From Candidatus Latescibacterota bacterium (lineage in GTDB: Bacteria > Latescibacterota > UBA2968), in assembly GCA_965205975.1 (NCBI GenBank), contig OZ242195.1, positions 5,184,001-5,248,000 on the forward strand: 64,000 bases of DNA, written 5' to 3'. Position 1 is the first letter of the stretch; each line of letters begins with the position of its first letter. The position numbers and the translations under genes are program-made. The notes under the pieces are model-generated. The model worked only from the letters and a program-made list of their open reading frames with translations. It did not search any database and had not been told where the DNA came from. Positions 10,551 through 20,001 of this stretch are shown one piece after another.

Positions 10551-11419
10551 TATAATCTCCTTGATTTTGCGTACGGCGATTGCCGTGGGGGTATTGGCTG
10601 AATAATTTTTCTCTGTTCAGGGGTTAATCGCGCCAGTAATTCTTTTGACGGGACGTAGTGAAATCGCGTGCGGATGAACCGCGGGGAATACCGATAGACC
10701 ACTGTGCGGCGATAGCCTTTGTTCGTGCGCTCGGCTGATCCATGTGAGATTGCGTCTGTGAAGAATAGCGCGTCACCCGCTTTCATGTACATTTCTTTCA
10801 TGCCTGCGGCAGTTCCAGCGGGTTCTTTCCCATAACTCACTTTTCCGTCGCCATCTACCAACAATCTGGGATGTACTTCTGTGCTTTTATGGCTGCCGGG
10901 TATCAGGACTGTTGGTCCGTCTCCGGGTTCTATATCCGTCAATGCGACCAGTACATTGATCTGGCCCACCATCCAGGCGCCTGTGTTGTGTTGCCGAAAG
11001 GTGAGATAACACAAGGGTGCGTGACCGCCGCAGTGGATGTTGATGAATCCGCCAGGTCCACGTACGGTTAAAAAGTTTTCGTGGATCGATATGCCGTTTA
11101 CTTCGGCGTTGATGTAACGCCTGGCCAGGTCAATCCACGATGGATGATCAATTAATCGCTCGAATACCGCGCCAGCTTCAATGATGTTCTGAAAGTTCAA
11201 TCCGTCTTTTTCGCCGTAGGTATGCGTTTCCACATGGCCGATCCACGTGCCCGTATCATTACTCGCACCCCGACGCCTTTTGCCATGCACGTATTCCCAA
11301 TGGTCATCTACCCATTGGTTCATTTCGCGGACATCCTCCTGGGATACCGCGTTTTTCAGGTGCAGATAGCCGTGCAGATCAAATAAATAATCCTGTAATT
11401 GCTGGTCAGAATTATCCAT
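10550..11419 (-). CDS. PhyH family Fe(II)/2OG oxygenase, HxG variant
   Basis: YLFDLHGYL, IHCGG, GPTVLIPGSH, AGDALFF..ISHG..RR. Confidence 0.88.
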   Translation of the reverse strand: MDNSDQQLQDYLFDLHGYLHLKNAVSQEDVREMNQWVDDHWEYVHGKRRRGASNDTGTWIGHVETHTYGEKDGLNFQNIIEAGAVFERLIDHPSWIDLARRYINAEVNGISIHENFLTVRGPGGFINIHCGGHAPLCYLTFRQHNTGAWMVGQINVLVALTDIEPGDGPTVLIPGSHKSTEVHPRLLVDGDGKVSYGKEPAGTAAGMKEMYMKAGDALFFTDAISHGSAERTNKGYRRTVVYRYSPRFIRTRFHYVPSKELLARLTPEQRKIIQPIPPRQSPYAKSRRL

Positions 11420-12230
11420 AGGCCCCCTTCTCATGCCGTCCCAATAACCGCTGCATGCGCGGGTCTGTTCCCGTCCAGACGTATTCTGGCATGCGGTAAT
11501 CAATGAATGGATATAATCGCTGGGCAATGATCCGCTGGCTGTACACGACGGAGCCTACATAGCGCACTTGATCGGATTTGTTTTGCGATCCCCGATGCCA
11601 CACTTGGTTGTGGAACATGCACAGATCGCCCGGGTCGGCAATCATGGATACGGGTCCCTGTCCATCGAATTCGGGGGCTTCCGTTTTGTCCGGTCGCCTG
11701 CCCGCATAATGGCTGCCGGGGACCACTTCTGTGACGCCGTATTCGATGGCGTCGGCCCGGCTCAGCGGGAATAAGACGTTTAATACAAAACAGGGCAATG
11801 GGATTTTTTTGTTGTGCTGGGGAACATTGTCTGGCAATGGAAAGAGTATGCGGTCGTCCAAATGCCATCCACCGCCCTGACCGGGTTCATAACGCAGGGC
11901 ATTTTGCGACATCATGTGGCAATCATCACCCAGGATCGCTTCTGCCAGGCTCACAAATGGCTCCCGCGCGATCAGGTCCCGGAAGTTGATGTCATACTCA
12001 AACATCCGCATCATACTGATGCCCCGAATATGGTCTCCTTCGGCTTCGTGCATTTTCGGGTCCTGATATTTTCGCTCCATTGTCTCCCGCAGTGCGCGTA
12101 CTTCTTTTTCGTTTAATACGCCTTTTAAGAATAAATACCCATCCCGCTGAAATTGTGCGACCAGATCCCGGGTTTTGTCCGGGCTATAAGGTTTGGCGTT
12201 TTTGTCGATTACACTGTTTGTGGTGTACAT
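11412..12230 (-). CDS. PhyH family Fe(II)/2OG dioxygenase
   Basis: FQRDGY, WHLD (HxD), VVPGSH, VWHRG..N..R. Confidence 0.9.
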   Translation of the reverse strand: MYTTNSVIDKNAKPYSPDKTRDLVAQFQRDGYLFLKGVLNEKEVRALRETMERKYQDPKMHEAEGDHIRGISMMRMFEYDINFRDLIAREPFVSLAEAILGDDCHMMSQNALRYEPGQGGGWHLDDRILFPLPDNVPQHNKKIPLPCFVLNVLFPLSRADAIEYGVTEVVPGSHYAGRRPDKTEAPEFDGQGPVSMIADPGDLCMFHNQVWHRGSQNKSDQVRYVGSVVYSQRIIAQRLYPFIDYRMPEYVWTGTDPRMQRLLGRHEKGAYG

Positions 12231-12237
12231 TGCTATC

Positions 12238-13701
12238 TCACTTCATTAACCCCAATATGTCCTCATACACGGCAAGGCCTCCAAAATAGGTAAAGGCGAG
12301 GCCCGAGATGAGATTGAGCGCGACGAGGAACCAGCCCATTTGCAATGGGGGTGGGACGAATTTGCGGTCGATATAGATCATCGCAAAGCACCAGGGTCCA
12401 GCGAGGAGTACCCCGGTGATGTGTAGTGGGATTGTCATAATCGAAATTGGGTTCCAGCCGATGCCATTCGGGTCCTGCGTGGCTGTCCACCAGGCGTATA
12501 TAACCAGTGCGCTACCCGCAATAGCGGTGTATCCCAGTGTCCATTTTCGCACGTCTTTCAATGCCAGATTGCGCCATTTGGGGGTTATTGCGCGTATGCT
12601 TTCATGCGCGGTACGGACGTATAATTCATACGCGCCGTACACGGTGCCAAAAATTGCGAAGAATACGCCGAGCTTGTACAGTCCCGAGAGAAATGTTTTG
12701 ACGCCCGCGCTTTCGTGCAATGCGGTTAAAAATACGACCTGGTGGTTGTAGAGGTCCATACCGGATGGTACGATTTCTCGCGGATGCAAGAGGGCAGCAC
12801 CCAGGATCAAAAAGGCTGCTGTGAATAATAATACACTGGCAAATGATACGAGTGTATCGACCAGTGGTGCTTTTAACCACGCTTTTCCCAATTTGAGATT
12901 TTCTGGGGTTTCCGAGATGATTTCTTCTCCATTGCTGCGTCGGCCAATCATTCCCCACACCTTTTCTCGCAATATGCCCACATATCCCACATAGTCCTGC
13001 ACTCCGCCACCGATTACGCCCATGTACGCGACCATTTCGACAATTAATGTTCGGTCTGCAAATAGCGGATTGCGCGATACCCATTCTGGATATACCGGGA
13101 ATGTGGGGACTACCGCGCCCATTAGCGCGGCGATCCAATCGGGGTTTGCCGCTACTGTCGCTATTAACATGACCAGCAACATCAGTCCCACGAGTGAGGT
13201 TTGCGCCTTTTCCAATAATCCGTAACTCTGTTTCAGGGTTAGCAGGATTAAAAATGCGATAAATACCAGGGCGATTAAATGCGGATATCGCGCCGGGTCG
13301 TCAAATAATATCCACGATGAGATCGTGCCGAGCATGATGGGCAGGCTGGAGAGATAAAATGGGAAGCTCACGACCATGACCACGCCTACAACTGCTGGGC
13401 ACAATCCCCTCGGTCCGGGTAATTGTGCCCAGCGTTCCATGGGGTGCTCGCCGGTTAGTGTCATATATCGCGCTGCGGAATACACTTGAACGACTTTTGT
13501 GATGCAAAACAGGCTGAATGCCCAGAACATCGCATAGCCAAAGATCGCCCCGCTGCGCGATGCCCACACGGTTTCCCCACTTCCGATCGTTACAGATGCG
13601 ATGATCGCGCCGGGTCCAAAGAATTTCAAGAAATCGCCGATCTTCCGCGAACGCAGTGCTGCCGCCAGTTCCGGAAATTCCAATTTTTTTGTTTCTGCCA
13701 T
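12238..13701 (-). CDS. Nramp-like (APC superfamily) membrane transporter
   Basis: FGPGAIIASVTIGSGE motif; about 11 hydrophobic segments. Confidence 0.8.
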   Translation of the reverse strand: MAETKKLEFPELAAALRSRKIGDFLKFFGPGAIIASVTIGSGETVWASRSGAIFGYAMFWAFSLFCITKVVQVYSAARYMTLTGEHPMERWAQLPGPRGLCPAVVGVVMVVSFPFYLSSLPIMLGTISSWILFDDPARYPHLIALVFIAFLILLTLKQSYGLLEKAQTSLVGLMLLVMLIATVAANPDWIAALMGAVVPTFPVYPEWVSRNPLFADRTLIVEMVAYMGVIGGGVQDYVGYVGILREKVWGMIGRRSNGEEIISETPENLKLGKAWLKAPLVDTLVSFASVLLFTAAFLILGAALLHPREIVPSGMDLYNHQVVFLTALHESAGVKTFLSGLYKLGVFFAIFGTVYGAYELYVRTAHESIRAITPKWRNLALKDVRKWTLGYTAIAGSALVIYAWWTATQDPNGIGWNPISIMTIPLHITGVLLAGPWCFAMIYIDRKFVPPPLQMGWFLVALNLISGLAFTYFGGLAVYEDILGLMK

Positions 13702-13716
13702 GATTTCTCCTATTTT

Positions 13717-13745
13717 ATCCGCAGATGGACGCAGATGAAAAAGAT
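13717..13745. repeat. CGCAGAT-core ~9-bp tandem repeat element (copy 1)
   Basis: atccgcagatggacgcagat matches the reverse complement of 41505-41524 at 19/20 positions. Confidence 0.6.
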
Positions 13746-13780
13746 GGGCGGGGAACGCTATGGAGGGATGGGCCGCGGTG

Positions 13781-14719
13781 CTATTTTACAGCTATTGGAT
13801 TTCCCGGAGAACCCGTGCCGCCTTTCAGGCGCAATGGCGAAAATACAAATGCAAATTCATATACCTGATCTTTTGCCAGTTCTTCCAGGTCCAGGTTTTC
13901 TAAGATGTAAATCCCGTGCTGGGCGATGAGCAGTTGATGTACGGGAAAAGCCAGCGAGGCATCCTCTCCGGGTACGACTTCCAGGCCCCAGGTATCGCCT
14001 GCGACCATTACTATTTTTTTATTTACGAGCCACTGGCCCACAGCCATTCCAATACCCGGCTGGCCTTTGTTGAATGTTTCGTTGTCTTTCATCCACAGGG
14101 TGCCGTGTCCCGTGCGAAAGATTACCACATCGCCTTCTCCCACGGATACATTTTGTTTTTTGAGCGCGCCCTCGGTATCGGCTACTGTGATTACGTATCC
14201 GACTTCTAATCGCTCGACACCTTTGTATCCCGCGATGTCTATCAGTACGCCGCGCGTGAAAAATGACCCCGCCTTTTCCACACCCAATTTTTCCAGGCCA
14301 TAAGGTTTGCTAAAGTTCGAGCTTTTGAAGCCATTGTAATACACATCCTCGTTTCCTACCCGCGTGCCAATATGCCCCAATCCGTCGAATTGTGTACCGA
14401 TTTGACCGATTTCACCACTGAACATTTCATCGTACCATACGAGTTTGTTTTCTCCGAGCGGTCCACCACTTGGGTTGCCCACGATTGTCAAACTGTAGTG
14501 CCGGGAGCCAAATAGCGGTATTCCGTGTTCATATACTTTTCCCAATTGATAGACTTTGCCGGTTTTGATCAATTTGGTCGCTTCCAGGACTTTGGCTGGT
14601 GTCAACCGGTTCGCGGCACCCCGTTCATCTTCGGGACCCCACTCCGATGGCGGTTGCTGGGCATATACTGGCACCAGCATCAAATTGACCAGTAGTGTTA
14701 TAAACAGTATGCGTTTCAC
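13781..14719 (-). CDS. Exported cyclase family (kynurenine formamidase-like) metal-dependent hydrolase
   Basis: Signal peptide; WGPEDERGAANRL, GTQFDGLGH, TRGVLID, GIYILENL, GGTGSP. Confidence 0.85.
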   Translation of the reverse strand: MKRILFITLLVNLMLVPVYAQQPPSEWGPEDERGAANRLTPAKVLEATKLIKTGKVYQLGKVYEHGIPLFGSRHYSLTIVGNPSGGPLGENKLVWYDEMFSGEIGQIGTQFDGLGHIGTRVGNEDVYYNGFKSSNFSKPYGLEKLGVEKAGSFFTRGVLIDIAGYKGVERLEVGYVITVADTEGALKKQNVSVGEGDVVIFRTGHGTLWMKDNETFNKGQPGIGMAVGQWLVNKKIVMVAGDTWGLEVVPGEDASLAFPVHQLLIAQHGIYILENLDLEELAKDQVYEFAFVFSPLRLKGGTGSPGNPIAVK

Positions 14720-14747
14720 GATTTCCCTCCTTTAAAAAGATACCGAT

Positions 14748-15623
14748 TCATCGCGTTTTCTCATAAAGCGCGATGCTTACCTGTGTGCCGGGGAATAGTG
14801 TAGATGGATACACCCACATGTCGTCTTCTCGAATGTACACCCGTTCATCTCCCGAGCGAATATGTAAACGCCCGCTGTTTTCCTGACAAATTTGTTTCAC
14901 AATGTATAGACCCAGTCCCCGTGTATCGCCCCGCGAGACGGTTTTCTGAATCGCCATTTTTATTGCCTGTCCGTGCGACCAATGCGCTGTATCGTGTCCT
15001 GTTGATAGGCTCTCGCGAATGCCAATGCCCAGGTCGCATACGCCGATGATTGCAAATTTTCTGTTCAATCTGTGATTGGTATAGCGCTGTGCGACCACAA
15101 ACCCTTTATCTCCGCTGTGGTCCAGGATATTGTGACACAATTCGGCTACGACATTTTTAAATCCCGTAATTTCCCGCACGGTATAGTGTAACTCTTCACT
15201 CAAGATGGTGCCGACCCGCGATTCAATTACGCCCAGAACTTGCTCGATATCGCTCCGCTGTTCGATGGTCGTAATTTCCAGCAGGCTTTCGTTGCGGGTT
15301 CGCGGCTGTCCCGTTTGCGGTACGCGCGCTACTGTTACATAAGTCTTCAGGGCGTCAAATACTTTCATCCGCGTCAAATAGCGCTCGACATCTGAATTTT
15401 CGGGCAGTCGGCACGTAATATCCCAGTATTTTGCACTCAGATGTCGGCCTATCAAACACAACATCCCCATCCCATAAGGATCGACAAAACCCAAATTTGA
15501 CAGATCCAGAACGATGTTGTCTTCGTCTCGTCTGGTCCAGAATGTCTCGAGATCGCGCAGTACATTATCACACGAGACAGCAGACAAATTCTGTTCCGCT
15601 ATCGCCAGCGTGTTGTTATCCAT
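14748..15623 (-). CDS. STAS-like + HATPase_c (anti-sigma kinase-like) fusion protein
   Basis: VLDLSNLGFVD STAS-like segment; ELCHNILDH N-box, DLGIGI G1 box, GLGL G2 box. Confidence 0.8.
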   Translation of the reverse strand: MDNNTLAIAEQNLSAVSCDNVLRDLETFWTRRDEDNIVLDLSNLGFVDPYGMGMLCLIGRHLSAKYWDITCRLPENSDVERYLTRMKVFDALKTYVTVARVPQTGQPRTRNESLLEITTIEQRSDIEQVLGVIESRVGTILSEELHYTVREITGFKNVVAELCHNILDHSGDKGFVVAQRYTNHRLNRKFAIIGVCDLGIGIRESLSTGHDTAHWSHGQAIKMAIQKTVSRGDTRGLGLYIVKQICQENSGRLHIRSGDERVYIREDDMWVYPSTLFPGTQVSIALYEKTR

Positions 15624-15631
15624 GTGATCGT

Positions 15632-18064
15632 TTAGTTGCGTACGCGGAATATGGAACGGCGTTTGACATTTTTCTTTTCGTGCAAATCCGTTACCGCGAC
15701 CTCGAGTTTATAAACGCCGCGTGGCATTTTGGACAGGTCAATTTCTAGGAAGGTGAAGTCGTCGGATTTGTCGCCTGCATATACCGAACTGATCGATGTG
15801 CGGCTTTGCTGCCCGGCTCGGCGCAGTTCTTCGACTGACTCGGCCATCAGGTTGCGTTCGGCTGGCATGTATTGCACTTCAAAATCCACAGTTTGGGCTT
15901 TGAGATCTTCTTCACCGCCGGTCATGGCATCGCCCACCAGGTCTTCCTGATCTTGCATTTCACCTTCGGCAGTTTCGACATCTACACCGTCGAGCGCGTC
16001 GCCTGTAGCGAGAATGTCACTACTGGAGCGCTCATCTGCTTCCGCTTGCGCCAATTCTTCAGCTGTTGGTACAATTAGCAATCCGCCTACCTTTTTGAGG
16101 GCTACGGCGCCAAACATCGCGGGATTGACTTCCCGCTGATCGGGAACGCCGATGGTGTAGGTGATTTCATATTGGGTGCGTCCAAATTCGTCTTTTTTCA
16201 GGTTGTAGATTTCCAGATATACAGATGCCGATTCCCCGGTGCGATAAGCGCGGAGCGGATTGGGTGCAATGCGCAAATCCATTCGCGATTCGGGAAAGGG
16301 TTTGACCCGTTCAATTTTTTTGGCGAGCAACAGATCGCTCATGTCCAGGCGCGATTCGGATACAGAAAAAAGGCGTTCTGCTCGGAATGTGCCGATGGAT
16401 CCGCTGTGCCTGTCTCCCACTTCGACCACGATATTATACGTGCCCTGGGGAAGTTCCAAGGGGCGTTGGCTCAACAAATACTGCGGTGCATTGCCCCCTT
16501 TGGGTTTTTCTTGCGCAATTGGTCGGATATTGCGGTAGATATCTTGCCATCGGTAGTCGAACATAAACAATCCTTCATCCATGACGATCATCCGGTCGTC
16601 GTTTGCTTTTAATTTGCCCGTGGGAATGGCATAGGCGATTTCCACGCGCATATTTTTTCCCGAGCGGAAGGCGGTGATCTGGTGTGGCATGGAGTATTTT
16701 CTGTTCTGGAATGGATCGACAAAGCGCGCTTCTTTTTCTTTGAACGCCGCGCGATTTTGTATTTCAAAATACTCTTCGCGCATTTTGTCGCTCGCCCATT
16801 GCGGGTTAGTAGATTTTCTGAAGAGCGTTTGCGCTACCTGTGTTGCATCCACATTGCGCGTTCTCAGCGCGTTGGGGTCTCCGCCTATGATATCTACCGT
16901 GCTGCTGGGTCCCACTTCGCCTGCAAACCCCCAACCGTCAACGCCGTTCACACTTTGAAATGTGAATCTGTATCCGCCATAATACCATGTTTCCTTGAAC
17001 ATGGGAAATACACCCGTTGTGCGGCGCAGGTATTTTCCGTATTTGATGTAGGTTTGTCCGCGAATGGTTTTCCAGCCTTCGATGTTCCGCGCAGGTACGC
17101 TAAAGCGCAGATTCGCATAGGCCACGCGACCGTAGTGTTCCATGCGCCGCTCGTTGTGATCAGTCAGAAATAGCGGATCGTTCTTGTTCCAGAATTGCGT
17201 CAATGCCGCAGAATCCTTCCACTCGCCATCGTCACCGACTTGCATGGCTTTTGCGATGCGCGCACTGTCTTCTTTTGATGCGATGATATCTACCGATTCC
17301 ATCATTTTGCGCTGTTCGGGGTCCATGGCTGCGATGGCTTTTTCATACAATTTGTTCGCCTCTAAAAGCTCTCCCTGAAGCTGGTGCGAATAGGCCATGA
17401 ACAATTGCGCGTTGATGTCGCCAGGGAATCTTCGCATCATTCGCCGCATCACCCGTTGCATGGCGGGGATTCTTCTGTGTTCCAGATGCGCCAGTCCCAA
17501 TAGATAATAGGAGTCCTGATAGTCTGGATCGGTCTCCAGGCTCTTTTCAAATAGCATCACGGCTTGATCGTATTCGTTCTTGGCAAAAGTTCGAATGGCT
17601 CGCCGCTGCGGTATTACCCGGTCTCTTGTGATCATGTATTCGCCGAATATATGGCGACCAGCATCGTAGGCTGCTACGGCTGCATTGGGAAATTTTTCTA
17701 TGACTTTTTCGTAATGCGCTTTTGCTTCGCGCTGGAATCCCCTGTTCCACAATGCCTCGCCGTGTAAGAGTTGATATTGCAAATTTTCCGGTTCAATCCG
17801 AATGGCCTTTTCGCTTGCTTCTACTGCCCGGCGTCGAAACTCGGGTGTGTCCAGGCGAATGTAGAGGCGGGTCAGTTGTGCAAGTGCCGGGGCGTGTTTG
17901 CTGTTTTTCTTCAGGACTTGCTTAAATTCTTCCACGCTTTCTTTGGGTTCAATTTCGTTCATGCGCGAAAGGGCAGTGTGATACAGCGAATCTACTTCAC
18001 TTTGTGCAGCCCATGCCGGTGCTGCGAGCAGACAGGTGAGGATCAAAAGCGAGAGGGCTTTCAT
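15632..18064 (-). CDS. Exported TPR + GWxTD-domain protein
   Basis: Signal peptide; TPR-like helices; FWNKNDP..NER..EHYGRVAYAN..GWKTIRGQTYIKYG..ETWYY; AAGGAG RBS before ATG 18064. Confidence 0.85.
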   Translation of the reverse strand: MKALSLLILTCLLAAPAWAAQSEVDSLYHTALSRMNEIEPKESVEEFKQVLKKNSKHAPALAQLTRLYIRLDTPEFRRRAVEASEKAIRIEPENLQYQLLHGEALWNRGFQREAKAHYEKVIEKFPNAAVAAYDAGRHIFGEYMITRDRVIPQRRAIRTFAKNEYDQAVMLFEKSLETDPDYQDSYYLLGLAHLEHRRIPAMQRVMRRMMRRFPGDINAQLFMAYSHQLQGELLEANKLYEKAIAAMDPEQRKMMESVDIIASKEDSARIAKAMQVGDDGEWKDSAALTQFWNKNDPLFLTDHNERRMEHYGRVAYANLRFSVPARNIEGWKTIRGQTYIKYGKYLRRTTGVFPMFKETWYYGGYRFTFQSVNGVDGWGFAGEVGPSSTVDIIGGDPNALRTRNVDATQVAQTLFRKSTNPQWASDKMREEYFEIQNRAAFKEKEARFVDPFQNRKYSMPHQITAFRSGKNMRVEIAYAIPTGKLKANDDRMIVMDEGLFMFDYRWQDIYRNIRPIAQEKPKGGNAPQYLLSQRPLELPQGTYNIVVEVGDRHSGSIGTFRAERLFSVSESRLDMSDLLLAKKIERVKPFPESRMDLRIAPNPLRAYRTGESASVYLEIYNLKKDEFGRTQYEITYTIGVPDQREVNPAMFGAVALKKVGGLLIVPTAEELAQAEADERSSSDILATGDALDGVDVETAEGEMQDQEDLVGDAMTGGEEDLKAQTVDFEVQYMPAERNLMAESVEELRRAGQQSRTSISSVYAGDKSDDFTFLEIDLSKMPRGVYKLEVAVTDLHEKKNVKRRSIFRVRN

Positions 18065-18101
18065 GATGGTCTCCTTGTGAAGGGGTTTTTTGCGAGTGGT
18101 T

Positions 18102-19175
18102 TTAAAATCTATAAAAGGCCTTTGCATTTTCGTAAAGAATTTTTCCCAGTAATGCATCCGATAAGCCTTTGGGGATTGCGTCTATTGGCTCGTCGAAATG
18201 ATAGTGTGGATAGTCTGTGGAAAACATCAGCATGTCATCCGAGTCCAGATGGTTCATAACTTGCAATAGATGTTCGGCTTCGGGCGGGGCGTCCAGGGGC
18301 TGTAGTGTCATCCGAATGTGTTCGCGGATGTATTCCGAAGGCGGGCGTTTGACCCACGGGATATCGCGTCGCAGTCCTTTCCACTCCTTATCTATGCGCC
18401 ACATCCATGCGGGCATCCAGGTCCAGCCGCCTTCGATGAGTGCTATGCGCAATTCTGGAAACCGATCAAACGCGCCTTCTACCACCAGGCTCATGACTTG
18501 AGACTGAAATATTTGCGCCATACCGACCATTTCTTCAGCGTAGGTCGCAGGCCAACCAACGGGCGTGGGCGGTAGGCTTGATGCACCGCCGTAGTGTATC
18601 CCGATAGCGAGGCCGCGTTTTACCGCTGCTTTGAATAATGGGTCGTACACGCGCTTGCCATAAGGTTGATATGATCTGACCGGTACTATGACCTGCACAA
18701 AGCCTGGATGGTCGCCAAATTTTTCGATCTCTCTCGCGGCGAGTACTGGATTTTGACTGGGTACTACGAGAGAGGCGCGCAATCGATGGTCTTTGTTTAA
18801 CCACGCGTCGATTTGCCATTGGTTGACCGCGGTTGCAAGCGATGCGGATAAGTCTTCGTTGTGTACACTTTGCACGCGATAAGCACAGGTTAAGATCCCG
18901 ATTTCGACATCCCAGGCGTCCAGTGCCTGTTTTTTTAGCAATTCAAAATCAGATCCCGGTGGACCATTTTTCGGCTTTGTCCCTTTTCGTGCAGATGTGG
19001 GTGCCCGTGCGGGATAATCATTCGCATTGGGTCCCACAAATGCCGATTCGTTGATGTATGCAACCCAGTGTTCTTCCAGATATGGAATCAGTGTTTTCAG
19101 ACTGGGCAGTTCATTGTGAATATCACAATCGATGATGGGGTGATAAAAGGGGTTGTCAGGTGTATTGCGCGGCAT
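18102..19175 (-). CDS. Amidohydrolase family 2 protein
   Basis: IIDCDIH, GIHYG, EGAFDRFPELR..IEGG, MFSTDYPH. Confidence 0.9.
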   Translation of the reverse strand: MPRNTPDNPFYHPIIDCDIHNELPSLKTLIPYLEEHWVAYINESAFVGPNANDYPARAPTSARKGTKPKNGPPGSDFELLKKQALDAWDVEIGILTCAYRVQSVHNEDLSASLATAVNQWQIDAWLNKDHRLRASLVVPSQNPVLAAREIEKFGDHPGFVQVIVPVRSYQPYGKRVYDPLFKAAVKRGLAIGIHYGGASSLPPTPVGWPATYAEEMVGMAQIFQSQVMSLVVEGAFDRFPELRIALIEGGWTWMPAWMWRIDKEWKGLRRDIPWVKRPPSEYIREHIRMTLQPLDAPPEAEHLLQVMNHLDSDDMLMFSTDYPHYHFDEPIDAIPKGLSDALLGKILYENAKAFYRF

Positions 19176-19177
19176 GG

Positions 19178-19990
19178 TTAATATCCTGCACCGCGACAAT
19201 ACTGGTACATTTTGGCACTTCGGGTCGCTTCATTTATCGCGTCTTCGCCTTCGTAAGCTGGCGCGCCGGGACAGGCTGTTACCCACCGGTCATATCCCGT
19301 GTCTTCAAGTACGTTTGCCAGGTCGGGAAAGTCCAGTGCTTCGCCGACGCCTACAGAGACCCATTGGGGCGTGAATCGTCCCTCTGCATCCCGCGTGATG
19401 TTCTCATCTGCCCAGTCCTGCAAGTGTACGTAGTTGAGCTGGTCTTGAAAGTCGCGCAACGATTGGGCGGCGTCATAGTCCCAGAGTTGGGCGTGTGATA
19501 CGTCGATACACAGTTTTGCTTTTTCGAGGTGTTGCATGTACAGCGTCCAGTCTTCTTTGGAATCTACCAGTAGATTGGTGTGGATGTGATAACTCAATTC
19601 CAAATTGTATTGCGCTGCGTAATCAGCCCAGTTGTCCGCTGCTTCAGCCGCCTGTTTGATGTCGTCTTCGGTGATGTCCCGGTCTTTGGGTTTGGGACCG
19701 CTCATGTACATGAAACAATCCACTTCCATTTCGGCGGCAAAATCGATTCGCCGTTTGTTGCGTTCCTGGTGTTCCCAACCAGATATTTCGGGCGATCCCT
19801 GCGCTGTGTACACCGCCATGGGCAATCCCACATTGTCACAGATTTTCCGAACTCGACCCGCTGGTCCCAACCAATCCAGCGGCAACCGACATTCCCAGCC
19901 GTCCCAGCCCGATTTTTTGAGGGCTTCAAGGGCGGGTTCCAAATCCGGATTTCTCCATCGCAATGCACAGTATCCAAGTTTAAATGCCAT
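19178..19990 (-). CDS. Sugar phosphate isomerase/epimerase (xylose isomerase-like TIM barrel)
   Basis: GWDGWE, YHIH, CIDVSH, YVHLQD, VGVGE. Confidence 0.8.
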   Translation of the reverse strand: MAFKLGYCALRWRNPDLEPALEALKKSGWDGWECRLPLDWLGPAGRVRKICDNVGLPMAVYTAQGSPEISGWEHQERNKRRIDFAAEMEVDCFMYMSGPKPKDRDITEDDIKQAAEAADNWADYAAQYNLELSYHIHTNLLVDSKEDWTLYMQHLEKAKLCIDVSHAQLWDYDAAQSLRDFQDQLNYVHLQDWADENITRDAEGRFTPQWVSVGVGEALDFPDLANVLEDTGYDRWVTACPGAPAYEGEDAINEATRSAKMYQYCRGAGY

Positions 19991-20001
19991 GATGATCTCC
20001 T

